From contig JBGURP010000012.1 of the NCBI GenBank assembly GCA_045132055.1, positions 21,202 to 85,201 of the forward strand: a DNA stretch of 64,000 nt, written 5' to 3'. The translations under genes and the position numbers were made by a program. This DNA is from Bacteroidales bacterium (GTDB taxonomy: Bacteria > Bacteroidota > Bacteroidia > Bacteroidales > WCHB1-69). Positions 1-10,282 of the stretch are shown here, one piece after another (the first letter of the stretch is position 1; each line of letters starts with the position of its first letter). The notes under the pieces were generated by a model. It saw nothing but the letters and a program-made list of their open reading frames with translations. It did not search any database and was not told the origin of the DNA.

Positions 1-1570
1 CTTCATTAGCCTCCGTCCAGCCACCATCCTTGTTATAATTAGGAACAACACCAGCTGTACCCCAATTACAGAGGTCGGAAGTACCGGGGAACATGAAGTC
101 GCATTCAGGTTGACCAGATTGGTGCACGGCGTTGCCACCATACTGCATTCTGGTATTATCTTTCCACTTACCAGTCAAGAAGTTGTAGTAGTCTTGTGCA
201 ACCTTCGGGTCACCACTAATAATATCATCATTATTGTTGTGATACACGAATCTACGCATACCAAAACGCTCGTTATCGATAATGCTATCGCCGAAGTTCA
301 CACCATTGATAGCCATTTGGTCCATTTCACTTGCAAGGAATCTAGCACAATAGCCCGGGAAAGAGGCACTATCAGCATAGAATTTCGGGTTGTCTCTGTT
401 ATCAGCATCCATGTAAGGACCTTGGAAGAAGTCAACACCAACCGCAGGCGGCTGATCGCCGTATGCCCAGGTCTGACCGGAACCGTCCACATTGGTACCA
501 TTGTAGCAGTAACCCAAACCACGACCCACATCGCAACCTACATAGTCATCATATGCATAACCCAAATCCGGGTCAACCCACTGGGAGAAGAAGGTCTTGG
601 TCAGCGTATAGGTAGAACGGTTGATAATCTCATAGGAGTAGAACGTCATGTTGTTCAACTCATCATTGGTAGAGAAGCCGAAGCACTGACCACGGATTTC
701 AAGACCGATAGGGCTACCTTGAGATTCGGTATGAGCACCTGCGTTATCGTTGAAAATCCAGAAAAGTGTAGCATCGCCTTTGAGCACGTGGTCAGCATAA
801 ATCATACCATTGGAACGTTTCCAATCGTACTGGAAGTCGCCATCACCTGAACCGCCATAGTTACGACGTTCGGTCCACAGGTCTTCCGGCGTTCTCGGAA
901 GCTGGTGAGCAGCTGCACGGGCAATGTTATCTTCTGTCCACGGACAGAGTTCATTGTTGATATCATAGTAAGGATAGTCACCGTTTTCAGGATCATAAAC
1001 CTCGTTGCCATTGACATCCTTGAAGGGAGCCAAGTAGTAGGAATAACCCTCATCACCATGGGCAGGCCAATTGGCAATGGAAGCAGGCATCACATAACCG
1101 GAGGTGTTGTATCCGGAAATGTGTTGGTCAACTTCTGCACGGGTGATTTTGAAGTGCTTGTCGAACTTGATACACATGGACTGTGTAGTACTGGCACCCG
1201 TAATCTTCAGAGGACCAGTCCAATAGTCGTTACCCACTTGTCTGAATCGGACAGCAGCCAATTTCAGAATGTCGTTGGCATCATAACCACCAATCCACAA
1301 AGCGGCGCAGAACATGGAAGTCTTACCAGATCCGGCAGGAACCTCGTATTCGGCAAGTTCCTTGAACCACATCGTACCACCAGTTTCAATATATGCACGT
1401 ACGTTGTTCACCGTAAGCTCATTGGAACTACTTGCCGGCAGACAGGTAGCTGATTCAGCCTTCGGTGTGGAAGGTCTGCGTTCTCCTTTCAACTTCTCGG
1501 CATGCAGGGAAGTGAACGCCATGCACACCATGAGAAGTGTTAAGCATAAAATTTTACTAATGTTTTTCAT
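1..1570 (-). CDS. Large secreted protein, partial (runs off left edge); likely T9SS cargo of the family found downstream of non-SusC TonB-dependent receptors
   Basis: Absent from the ORF track. Manual translation from ATG at 1570 gives MKNISKILCLTLLMVCMAFTSLHA (signal peptide), then NNVRAYIETGGTMW, YEVPAGSGKTSMF.AALWIGG, DYWTGPL, NWPAHGD...LAPFKDVNGNEVYDPENGDYP and FWIFND. No stop seen in the segments translated. Confidence 0.85.
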   Translation of the reverse strand, partial: MKNISKILCLTLLMVCMAFTSLHAEKLKGERRPSTPKAESATCLPASSSNELTVNNVRAYIETGGTMWFKELAEYEVPAGSGKTSMFCAALWIGGYDANDILKLAAVRFRQVGNDYWTGPLKITGASTTQSMCIKFDKHFKITRAEVDQHISGYNTSGYVMPASIANWPAHGDEGYSYYLAPFKDVNGNEVYDPENGDYPYYDINNELCPWTEDNIARAAAHQLPRTPEDLWTERRNYGGSGDGDFQYDWKRSNGMIYADHVLKGDATLFWIFNDNAGAHTESQGSPIGLEIRGQCFGFSTNDELNNMTFYSYEIINRSTYTLTKTFFSQWVDPDLGYAYDDYVGCDVGRGLGYCYNGTNVDGSGQTWAYGDQPPAVGVDFFQGPYMDADNRDNPKFYADSASFPGYCARFLASEMDQMAINGVNFGDSIIDNERFGMRRFVYHNNNDDIISGDPKVAQDYYNFLTGKWKDNTRMQYGGNAVHQSGQPECDFMFPGTSDLCNWGTAGVVPNYNKDGGWTEANE

Positions 1571-1594
1571 ATATAACTTATTTTATTTCTTCTA

Positions 1595-4500
1595 TTAAAA
1601 ACCGAATTGGATACCTAAACTAGCACGGATCGGACGGCTGTAGTTGTACGGATCTTGTACTCTCATCTGATAGTAGTTAATGAAGGAGGGCACATAAATC
1701 TGTGATTGGATAGCCTGCTGATACTCAGAAGCGGAGAGATAACCATCATCATCCGGGTTTCCGGTGTAGCTATACACGGAAATCACATTCTTGAAATTGA
1801 AGAGGTTCTGGATATCGATATAAACGGTCAAGTAACCAGGTTTCGCGGATTTGGCGTTGCCATCTTTATCCTTGGCATTCTTGTTCAAGTTGAAGATAAA
1901 GGTCTTGTCAATACGGAAGTCACATTGGAACTGCCACGGCAGGTTAGAGCCATACAAGGAACCCACGATTCTGGAATTGGTACCCAACACGATATTAGAA
2001 TTAGGTGTGCTGGAACGAGTGTAAGGAGTACCGGAAGCAGCAGAGAACAAGAGGGAGAATCCAGTATTGGACAACCATTGGATAGTCTTGGTGGTCGGTT
2101 TACCATCAACTATGACTGTCTTCTCGGTTTGAGGACCTTCATAGTCCACACCGCTTTCGAAACGATAATCAAGGTTCACACCAATTCTGTGTCTCTGGTC
2201 GAATGCCAGATTAGAAAGGGTACGCAAGTTAGGTTGGTTAGCAGCCAAAATTGACAATTGGGATTGGGTGCTGGAACCAGTACCCTTAGCATATTGCAAC
2301 GTGTAGTTTGCAGAAAGGGTTAGGTTATGCGTTCTGTTCATCTTATAAGCGAAGGTGAAACCTTGCACAGTACCGAAGTCAATGTTCTTATAGGAATAAT
2401 AGGTGTTCGGATAAGAACCTGAGAAACGGTAGGATTGGATTTGGTTACGTTTCTCAGAATAGTAAGCACTGATACTGATAGAGGACTTGTTACCGATTTT
2501 CTGACGGAAACCGATTTCATAGTCAATACTCTGTTGAGGTTTCATGTTCGGGTTACTGATAATGTCGCTAGCCGCATTTCTTTGAGAAATGAAGAGGTAG
2601 TCCACCGGAGAAATCTGCAAGTTGGTAGGACGGGAAGTGATGATGTTGTAGTGAGCGTAGAACAAAGAGTTGTCAGATACCGGGAAAGAGAAGGAGATAC
2701 GAGGCATCACAGACCATTGAGCTTTGTAATCTGTAAAAGCGCTGGATTCCACTTTCGTGATACCGCCAATCAAATTATTGTCTTCATCGTAAAGCGGGTT
2801 CTTCAAGATAGGTCCGTTCACATTGAGACTGAGGGCGGTCTCAGGGTTGGAGACTTCCTCACCAGCGGCATTATACCAGATATCACCGCTACGGTAACCT
2901 GCGATAGAGGCTCTGTTGAAACCGCTACCGGCAATGTCAGCCTCGCTCAAATAAGTATCACTGCCTGAATAATAGACAACCCAGTCGCTCTGGGCATTAC
3001 CTGTGAACACATCAGCAATAGAAGCGTCAGCGTAAGAAGGATTCTTCTTGAGAATCTCCATGATGTTGCCGACTGTATAGGCCTCACGGAACAGATAAGG
3101 ATCTTTCAAGACTTCCTGGTTGGCATCGAAGCGGTCAACACGCAAACCGATGTTGAACAACAGGGAATTGATGGAGAATTTATCTTGGAGATAGAAGGCC
3201 ATGTAAATAGGCTCATAAGCACCGATGGAATAGGTACGTTTGCCTGAAGAATTCTTACCATTGAAGAAATCGGAGATGGTAGTTTTGTTACGGTTAATTT
3301 TTCCAGTATAGTCGTAACCATAGTAGCTGACCATCGGATATTCACCAGCAGATGTTCCAAGGAGAAGCTCTTCAGCATCGAACATGCCGATATTGAAAGT
3401 GGAAGGATCCAGATTGTCGATATCAATCCAGTCACTACCATTAGGATTGAGACCTAAAGACTTACGCAAGCTTCTGTCGAAGGTGGTCTGGTCATCCAAT
3501 TTGATCAACTGATTATAATCTACATAGAAATAATCATCAACAGCGGTGATGATGGGGTGATCCTTATCCAACTCCATGATATGGGAGTTTGCTTCGTTTC
3601 TCATGAGCGTCCACAAAGAAACGGGATTGATGCCGTAACCACGATAGGTCAGTTTTTCGAAGTCAAAACCGAATTTCAACTCGTGGTTTTTCAAGTTCAT
3701 GGAAACGCTGGCTTTCACGCCAAACTGTTCGGTCTGTGATTTGTTATAGGCATCATATACCATACCCGGGGAGGCATACATATATCTGGAGTAGATGTAA
3801 TCAGGAGAATCACCATTACGCAAAGCGCCGAATGTCTGATAAAGATTCAAGTCAATGGGATATCCTTGATAAGTGTAACCGTAAATCACATCTGCAGGGA
3901 ACTGCTCGCAGAAGTTCAATGTATATTGTGAAAGGATGGGGTTCACATTGTAATCAGGGTTAATCTGGAATGTCACGATGGAATCATAGTAACCTTGGAA
4001 TTCGTATGCATTCTCGATTTTCGTTTCGATGCTGTCAATCATAACCGTGACCTCATCAGGTGTTGTAGGATAACCTTTCACTCTTTGCGTCGTGAATTTG
4101 CCCACATAGCCATATTCAAACAATCTGTCTTTGTGACGGGCTGCATAGCTATAGGAATTGAACTTGGTGTAGTTCACATTCAAGTCATACATGACGTTTT
4201 TGAGAACACCTGTACCCGTTGTGTCGGTATAGACACGGTGGTTCAATCTGGCATTCAAACGAAGAGTTGCGTTGGTGGTGATAGGGTTGTTGTCGCCGTT
4301 AAACAGTGAATAGCTGGTGCTCCAGGATTTGCCTTTGAGGTATTCGTAAGATCCACCGAGGGAGAGACGCATATTGTGTTTCTTGCCCATGGTGAAGTCA
4401 AACTTCAATTGTCCCAGATAATCCCAAGTGCCAGCGTTCTTTCTGACACGCTCTTTGTGGAAGGATTCGCTGGTCAGATAAAGGACTTCCTGATAGTTTA

Positions 4501-5440
4501 CGCCGAGAGCTTCGTTGGTATAACGGACCGGGTTGGCAATGATAGCCTCTCTGACATCTTCGTTGGCCACCCACACGCCACCGCGTGCAGGAGCTGCGTC
4601 GTGGTCGTAGGAAACCTCACCACTGAACATGAAACCGATACGGGTGGGGTCGCTTTTCTTCTTGCCCTTCAACAGCGGACCGGAAATGGAAACAGCACCC
4701 AGGAAGTTGTTGTAACCGTCAATGGAACCACGCAACTCCACAGAGCCGTGGAAGTCCTTCGGCGCAGATTTCGTGGTAATCACGGTGAAGGAGGTACCAT
4801 CACCATATTCAGCCGGAATACCGCCCTGGATCAACTGGGCTTCTTCGATGGACTGCATGGAGATACCGCCATTACCGCGCACACGCACACCGTCGATGAT
4901 AGTCTGCTGACCGTCGGAACGGTTACCACGCACAGAGGTCATGGCGCCGTCCACACTGGACACACCCTCAAGGTTGGCCAAAGCGCTGGTCACGGAACGA
5001 CCGGGCGTTGTTCTCACATTGTCACCGCTGATACGGCTGGTGGAACTCGTGTTATCCGGGTCGAATACCGGCGGTTCGTACTTGATGACGACCTCTTCCA
5101 AGTCGCTGGAACAGTCAATTGCGAAATCAATGAAGAGCACCTGGCTGGTACCCACCTTGATGTCCGTCTTTTTCAGTGATTTCTTACAGGTCATTTGAGC
5201 ATCCGCTTCAAGATCGTAAGTTCCAAGTTCGACACCGAACATGGAATACTCACCCTTGTCATCCGCCATAGCCATGTTCACGACCTTGTCGGCAATCTTC
5301 AGATAAACTCTTGTGTATCCCAAGGGTTCACCAGTCTGATCCACGACCTTACCTTTGATGGTACTGGTCTGTGCAAAAGCCATGCTTGTGAAAAGGATGA
5401 TCACTCCTAGAACTGAGAGTAATTTTTTAATCATAGCCAT
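1595..5440 (-). CDS. TonB-dependent receptor with N-terminal carboxypeptidase-regulatory-like domain (non-SusC, Oar-like)
   Basis: Signal peptide, IKGKVVD N-domain, plug motifs (VRGNR, IDGVRV, GGIPAEYGD), barrel motifs (PRISFSFP, NPNMKPQ..IDYEIG), C-terminal Phe. Confidence 0.85.
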   Translation of the reverse strand: MAMIKKLLSVLGVIILFTSMAFAQTSTIKGKVVDQTGEPLGYTRVYLKIADKVVNMAMADDKGEYSMFGVELGTYDLEADAQMTCKKSLKKTDIKVGTSQVLFIDFAIDCSSDLEEVVIKYEPPVFDPDNTSSTSRISGDNVRTTPGRSVTSALANLEGVSSVDGAMTSVRGNRSDGQQTIIDGVRVRGNGGISMQSIEEAQLIQGGIPAEYGDGTSFTVITTKSAPKDFHGSVELRGSIDGYNNFLGAVSISGPLLKGKKKSDPTRIGFMFSGEVSYDHDAAPARGGVWVANEDVREAIIANPVRYTNEALGVNYQEVLYLTSESFHKERVRKNAGTWDYLGQLKFDFTMGKKHNMRLSLGGSYEYLKGKSWSTSYSLFNGDNNPITTNATLRLNARLNHRVYTDTTGTGVLKNVMYDLNVNYTKFNSYSYAARHKDRLFEYGYVGKFTTQRVKGYPTTPDEVTVMIDSIETKIENAYEFQGYYDSIVTFQINPDYNVNPILSQYTLNFCEQFPADVIYGYTYQGYPIDLNLYQTFGALRNGDSPDYIYSRYMYASPGMVYDAYNKSQTEQFGVKASVSMNLKNHELKFGFDFEKLTYRGYGINPVSLWTLMRNEANSHIMELDKDHPIITAVDDYFYVDYNQLIKLDDQTTFDRSLRKSLGLNPNGSDWIDIDNLDPSTFNIGMFDAEELLLGTSAGEYPMVSYYGYDYTGKINRNKTTISDFFNGKNSSGKRTYSIGAYEPIYMAFYLQDKFSINSLLFNIGLRVDRFDANQEVLKDPYLFREAYTVGNIMEILKKNPSYADASIADVFTGNAQSDWVVYYSGSDTYLSEADIAGSGFNRASIAGYRSGDIWYNAAGEEVSNPETALSLNVNGPILKNPLYDEDNNLIGGITKVESSAFTDYKAQWSVMPRISFSFPVSDNSLFYAHYNIITSRPTNLQISPVDYLFISQRNAASDIISNPNMKPQQSIDYEIGFRQKIGNKSSISISAYYSEKRNQIQSYRFSGSYPNTYYSYKNIDFGTVQGFTFAYKMNRTHNLTLSANYTLQYAKGTGSSTQSQLSILAANQPNLRTLSNLAFDQRHRIGVNLDYRFESGVDYEGPQTEKTVIVDGKPTTKTIQWLSNTGFSLLFSAASGTPYTRSSTPNSNIVLGTNSRIVGSLYGSNLPWQFQCDFRIDKTFIFNLNKNAKDKDGNAKSAKPGYLTVYIDIQNLFNFKNVISVYSYTGNPDDDGYLSASEYQQAIQSQIYVPSFINYYQMRVQDPYNYSRPIRASLGIQFGF

Positions 5441-5564
5441 TAATTTATATTAAACTTAAAATTTATATCCATTATATAATTTTTGGGGCGGTAAAACTAC
5501 AAAAAATTTTGCTTACCTCCCAAATATTTTTCATTTAAAATTCAAACTATTTTAAATCAAATAA

Positions 5565-5939
5565 TTAGAATTTTCTTTTCAAAATTTCCGAATATACTAC
5601 ACCCTTCAGGACCTCATCCTCCTCAAACGTAAGTAAACCATCTTCATCTGTCTTATTATCAATTTGTTGTGAAATATCTGAAACAACTGGATCTTGGCTT
5701 TCCTTTTTATTTTCAAAATCATCGTCCATTGTCTCGTAAGTGAAATATTCCTCCTGTTTCGGAGTCTCTGACGCATTTTCATGCAAAAACGCCTCCTCTT
5801 CCAGCATGTCCTCATCCTCTTCCGGAGGGACATAGGATGCAGGTTTTTTGGCCGTCTCCTTTACACTCTTCAACAAGGAAGGGAACAGAAACAACGCAAC
5901 CATCGCTAAAGTTATGATGATTTCCAAGAAATTATCCAT
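5565..5939 (-). CDS. Hypothetical membrane-anchored acidic protein
   Basis: N-terminal TM helix, acidic linker, C-terminal ..VVYSEILKRKF motif typical of small Bacteroidetes proteins. Confidence 0.7.
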   Translation of the reverse strand: MDNFLEIIITLAMVALFLFPSLLKSVKETAKKPASYVPPEEDEDMLEEEAFLHENASETPKQEEYFTYETMDDDFENKKESQDPVVSDISQQIDNKTDEDGLLTFEEDEVLKGVVYSEILKRKF

Positions 5940-5964
5940 AATAACTAATGTTATAAATAATTAA

Positions 5965-6936
5965 TTATGTTTTACTCTTCTCCTCTGCCTTTATGGATTT
6001 TGCCTTGGCAATGCTCACATTCAGGTCATATCCTATCAACAGCACCACTGAACTCCAGTTAATCCAGAGCAAAATGGCAAACAAAGCCCCTAACGAGCCG
6101 TAAATCAAGTTATAATTACTGAAATTGGAAAAATAGACATTCAGCACCCACAGCAGCAACACCATCAGAACCGTACAAGTGATGGAGCCTGCCGAGAAGA
6201 ACCGGTAGTTTTTCTTATCCACTGGCGCAATGTAATAGGTGAAGCTGACCAACAGATAAATGGCAGTGTATATCAGGATCCACTTGACAGCATGAATGAT
6301 ATAGATGTATCCGCTGCCTTCTCCGCCAACCAGACGGTCGTGCACTTCGTTAATCAGAAGGGATGAGAAGATGAAGAGCATGGCCACAATCACAATCGCC
6401 ACAAAATATACAGCCATCAAGACAAAACTGAAGCCAATCTGTTTTAAAAAGTTGCGTTTTACCTCATCATAATAGGCAGTGTTCAATGCCACCAGTATGC
6501 CGTTCATGCACGCAACGGTAAAATAGATACCAATTACCAGCATAAACACTGACAGGGTTCCGTTCTGCTGCGTGACGACGTCGGTGACCACCTGCGAGAC
6601 TGCCGACCAAGCGTAAACGGGAACCAAAGACTCTATGAAATCCAACAGAACATTCTGTATGCCCTCGCCCAAAAAGGAGATAACAGAGAATAACGCAATA
6701 ATCATGGGAATAAGGGCGATGAAAATGCGATATGTGAGGGCGGCCGCGCGCTGGAAAATAATGCCTTTGCCCAAGGATTCGATATAGAATCGCATGGCGT
6801 CATACAAAGGCACTCGCTGGAATCCGGGCAACGTCACCGTTCTTGACTTCCGGACGACCTTGCCAATCACCGGGGCCTGTTCCAGATCTGTTCGTGCAGC
6901 CTGTATTTTTTCCTTTATTTGACCAAAATTCAGCAT
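5965..6936 (-). CDS. YihY/virulence factor BrkB family membrane protein
   Basis: RAAALTY..FIALIP and YNLIYGSLGALFAILLWINWS motifs, about 6 TM helices. Confidence 0.9.
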   Translation of the reverse strand: MLNFGQIKEKIQAARTDLEQAPVIGKVVRKSRTVTLPGFQRVPLYDAMRFYIESLGKGIIFQRAAALTYRIFIALIPMIIALFSVISFLGEGIQNVLLDFIESLVPVYAWSAVSQVVTDVVTQQNGTLSVFMLVIGIYFTVACMNGILVALNTAYYDEVKRNFLKQIGFSFVLMAVYFVAIVIVAMLFIFSSLLINEVHDRLVGGEGSGYIYIIHAVKWILIYTAIYLLVSFTYYIAPVDKKNYRFFSAGSITCTVLMVLLLWVLNVYFSNFSNYNLIYGSLGALFAILLWINWSSVVLLIGYDLNVSIAKAKSIKAEEKSKT

Positions 6937-8924
6937 TATTCTTCTTTCACGTTCAAGTTAAACTCCACTTTATAATCCTGGGAACCAGCACTTTTGCACG
7001 CTGTACCCATCGTAATGCGATTGGCCGCGACACCATATTTCATCAGTTGCTCTTTCACCATGCGGAAGCACTGCTCTGTTTTCGATTGAGAAGGTTCCTC
7101 TTGCGGAGGGCAGACATTCACAATCATCTGAATCAGATCCCGCTCCTTCATGTAGTCTGCAATCTCGCCCAAACGATGTGTCTGTTCTATCGAAAGCGAT
7201 ATTTGGTCGGCAGGCAGAGTCATGGGCTTGAAAGTCTCGTCGCCAGCCACCGCCTTGGCAATGAAGTCCACAGGCGAAGCGGCAATCTTGACGATAAGAT
7301 TGAGAAAAGTCTTCCAAATCACCTTCCGGAACGAGAACTCGGGAGAGGAGACATCGCCCTTGACAGGCAGATCCATCTTCACGTGTCCTTTGCGGTCGGT
7401 AATAACATACATAGCTGCCCTCATAGGTATCTTCGCTGCCGCCGGCTTGAGGCTCTTGTCTTTCTTTCCGAAGGTGGGTTTGAAGATATCCAGGAAGTTC
7501 TGGCTATCCAGCCAATTGTCCTTCACTGTGATATGGCTCGTGAAGTTTAGCAGACCATCTTCCACTGGGTAAGCCAGATAATAAAGCGAATACGGGTTAA
7601 AGTCCGTGATTTTCAGATTGCGGATGGAGATATCCGCTTCTGCATTACGCAGGTTGAGCACATCCATGTGGGCATCACAAAGCAACTCGCCCAAAGTACC
7701 CAGCTTGGCTTTGAGTGAAATCGGATAATCGCTGCCGTTGCGCATGTTCTGAGCGTGAATCTCAATGCCGGACACCTCAAAAGTCTGTTCCTGCGGCGCA
7801 ACGGAATGGTCCGTATAGACGATTTTGCCGTTTGTAACCAACAGATTCTTAAGTAGATATCTAATAGTACTGGTACTCACATCTTCGGCCTTGGCAGTAT
7901 CTTTTTGCGCCGGAGCAGAATCTAGTGAATCTGCTTGCGACTTCTTACCCGAAAGACGGCTCAGGGTGGTCCCATCTTCATACACATCAAAATGGAACAC
8001 CAAATCCTTCAACATGACCTTGTCCACGTCGAACTCTTTCTTGCCCAAATCAACCTTGTCCAGATTCAGCTCAAAAGCACTGAACGAGGCCAATGGCGAC
8101 TGGTCTGCATTGGTAGCTTTGACATTGTTCAATGAGGTTGTACCTGAGAAAACCATATTCTCCATGTGCTTCACATTGCCTTTCACCTTGGCATCTCCAT
8201 TGAGAATGCCGCTGAGTTTTCCCCAACTGGTCAGTTTCTTCAGGTAGGGCAACACCAAGTCCAGAGAGAGCTTGTGCATTTGGACATGCGCGTCAAAATC
8301 GCCCTCTTTGATATTGTAGTCGCCAGCAAGGTTGAAGCCGCTTCCATCTTTGAAATCCGTAGCAAGGTCAATATGCGAAGGGCCGCCATTGAGATCGAGA
8401 CGCGGCACCTTGGCAGAAACATTTCGGGTATCGAAGCGACTGCCCATCTTCAAATCCTCATACAGAACTGCGCAATTTCTCAATTCTATATGGCGAATAT
8501 CCACCTTCCATTTGGACGGCTCCTTTTTAGGTTTGGCATCTTTAGTGTAAAACTCAATGATGTCGCTGAAATTGAACCGAATACCATCTTGTACCACATG
8601 TCCATCCAGACCATCCAGCAGGATGCGGTTGATACGCACCGTCTTGCCCAACAATCGAGGCAGCGACACGTGCACTTTCAACTTCTTGAAAGATAGAAAT
8701 TTGTCTTTACCATTTTCCTCCTGCGCTTTCAACCCGATGATGGCCACTTTGCCGGTGAAGAGATTGATACGAACATGCTTCATCGTCACCTGGCGATGAC
8801 AAAGCTCAACGCTATGCTTCTCCACATAGGCTTTTACAATGGGGCCAGCCAAAATGTTAATCAGCAGAATTAGGCCGACAATGACGCCAACTGTGATGAG
8901 CAATATTTTCAGTCCTTTTTTCAT
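6936..8924 (-). CDS. DUF748/AsmA-like protein
   Basis: N-terminal anchor, FNFSDII motif, beta-rich body, C-terminal DLPVKGDVSSPEFS..KVIWKTFLNLIVKIAASP. Confidence 0.8.
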   Translation of the reverse strand: MKKGLKILLITVGVIVGLILLINILAGPIVKAYVEKHSVELCHRQVTMKHVRINLFTGKVAIIGLKAQEENGKDKFLSFKKLKVHVSLPRLLGKTVRINRILLDGLDGHVVQDGIRFNFSDIIEFYTKDAKPKKEPSKWKVDIRHIELRNCAVLYEDLKMGSRFDTRNVSAKVPRLDLNGGPSHIDLATDFKDGSGFNLAGDYNIKEGDFDAHVQMHKLSLDLVLPYLKKLTSWGKLSGILNGDAKVKGNVKHMENMVFSGTTSLNNVKATNADQSPLASFSAFELNLDKVDLGKKEFDVDKVMLKDLVFHFDVYEDGTTLSRLSGKKSQADSLDSAPAQKDTAKAEDVSTSTIRYLLKNLLVTNGKIVYTDHSVAPQEQTFEVSGIEIHAQNMRNGSDYPISLKAKLGTLGELLCDAHMDVLNLRNAEADISIRNLKITDFNPYSLYYLAYPVEDGLLNFTSHITVKDNWLDSQNFLDIFKPTFGKKDKSLKPAAAKIPMRAAMYVITDRKGHVKMDLPVKGDVSSPEFSFRKVIWKTFLNLIVKIAASPVDFIAKAVAGDETFKPMTLPADQISLSIEQTHRLGEIADYMKERDLIQMIVNVCPPQEEPSQSKTEQCFRMVKEQLMKYGVAANRITMGTACKSAGSQDYKVEFNLNVKEE

Positions 8925-8927
8925 GCT

Positions 8928-9779
8928 TTAGAGGATAACCGTTTTGAGACTCAAATCAAGACTGGCGATATGGTGGGTAAAAGCTCCGATGGAAATGAAA
9001 TCGACGCCCGTTTCGGCATAGTCGTGCAGTGTTTCGTCGGTGATGCCGCCCGAGGCTTCGGTTTCCATACGATGGTTCACAAGTTGCACGCCCTCACGCA
9101 CTTGCGTCGGCGTAAAGTTATCGAACATGATGCGATGCGCACCGCCATGGTCTAGCACGCGTTGCACATCGTCCAGACTTCTGGTTTCCACCTCGATTTT
9201 CAGATTCAAGCCTTTGGCTTTCTGATAGGCGACTGCAGCATCGATGGCTTTCTCTATGCCACCCGCAAAATCTATGTGATTGTCTTTCAGCATCATCATG
9301 TCGTAAAGGCCGAAGCGGTGGTTCTGTGCACCACCTACTTTGACCGCATACTTCTCGAAGATGCGCATATTGGGGGTAGTCTTGCGCGTGTCAAGCAATG
9401 TAACCGAAGTGTCTTTCACCATCTCCACATACTGGTGGGTGGTAGTGGCGATGCCGCTCATGCGCTGCATGAAGTTGAGCACGGTGCGTTCCGCGGTGAG
9501 CATCTTCTGCGCCGAGCCGCGCAACTTGAACACAATGTCGCCCTTGTGAATGGTGTCACCGTCGTGCATAAACTGCTCCATCTGGATGGTGTCGTCCACC
9601 TGCCGAAGCACCTCGCGAGCCACATCCACACCACAGAGAATGCCGTCCGCCTTCACCAGAAGTTTCATCTCACCCTGCACCTCAACCGGGATGCAAGACA
9701 TGGAAGAATGGTCGCCGTCGCCGATATCCTCGGCCAAGGTCATCTGTATCAATTGCTTAATATTGTCAGTAATCTTCAT
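8928..9779 (-). CDS. nadC: Nicotinate-nucleotide diphosphorylase (quinolinate phosphoribosyltransferase)
   Basis: EDIGDGD, ERTVLN..QRMSGIAT, DTRKTTP, HRFGL, KDNH, EASGG motifs. Confidence 0.97.
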   Translation of the reverse strand: MKITDNIKQLIQMTLAEDIGDGDHSSMSCIPVEVQGEMKLLVKADGILCGVDVAREVLRQVDDTIQMEQFMHDGDTIHKGDIVFKLRGSAQKMLTAERTVLNFMQRMSGIATTTHQYVEMVKDTSVTLLDTRKTTPNMRIFEKYAVKVGGAQNHRFGLYDMMMLKDNHIDFAGGIEKAIDAAVAYQKAKGLNLKIEVETRSLDDVQRVLDHGGAHRIMFDNFTPTQVREGVQLVNHRMETEASGGITDETLHDYAETGVDFISIGAFTHHIASLDLSLKTVIL

Positions 9780-10267
9780 TTGTTCACTATTATTTCAGGT
9801 GTCTCAATCGTATTGCTCTGGTGTAAAGCCCGGTCGTACAAACAACAGGACAACTTTATCGTATCGTAGGGAGAAAAATAATTATTAATAAAGGTTAATA
9901 TGGTGATTTCCCCTTCAATGGATTCGGGCACATTATCACTGAGCCTCGGAACGCGGGCATGCAGCGGAGTGGGCAACTCCACGAGTACCCACTCGCCGTT
10001 TTGCTTTTCATAATAATCGATGAAGAAATTGTAGTAAAAGACAGAATCCTTTGAAAAGTGACCTGTCGTGTCGGCATCATTCAGTCCAATGTCGCCGTCG
10101 CCGTCCTGAAAACGCAGCACCAAGTTGGCCTGGTTATCCACGCCGGAGCCATCATCCACCTTTTCGAGACGCACAAACTCAATGTACGGAATCTCGGAAT
10201 AAGGTTCCGGGCGGTGGCAGCTGAAAAACAGCATAGCCAGAAGTCCGACAAGCAACAGTTTCTTCAT
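9776..10267 (-). CDS. Hypothetical lipoprotein
   Basis: Lipobox LFFSC; FQDGDGDIG and DRALHQSN motifs. Confidence 0.8.
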   Translation of the reverse strand: MKKLLLVGLLAMLFFSCHRPEPYSEIPYIEFVRLEKVDDGSGVDNQANLVLRFQDGDGDIGLNDADTTGHFSKDSVFYYNFFIDYYEKQNGEWVLVELPTPLHARVPRLSDNVPESIEGEITILTFINNYFSPYDTIKLSCCLYDRALHQSNTIETPEIIVNK

Positions 10268-10282
10268 CAAAGTTAATATTTC

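Noticed and set aside
110..1453. Plus-strand ORFs 110..850 and 905..1453
   Set aside because: Antisense shadows of the real minus-strand gene starting at 1570.
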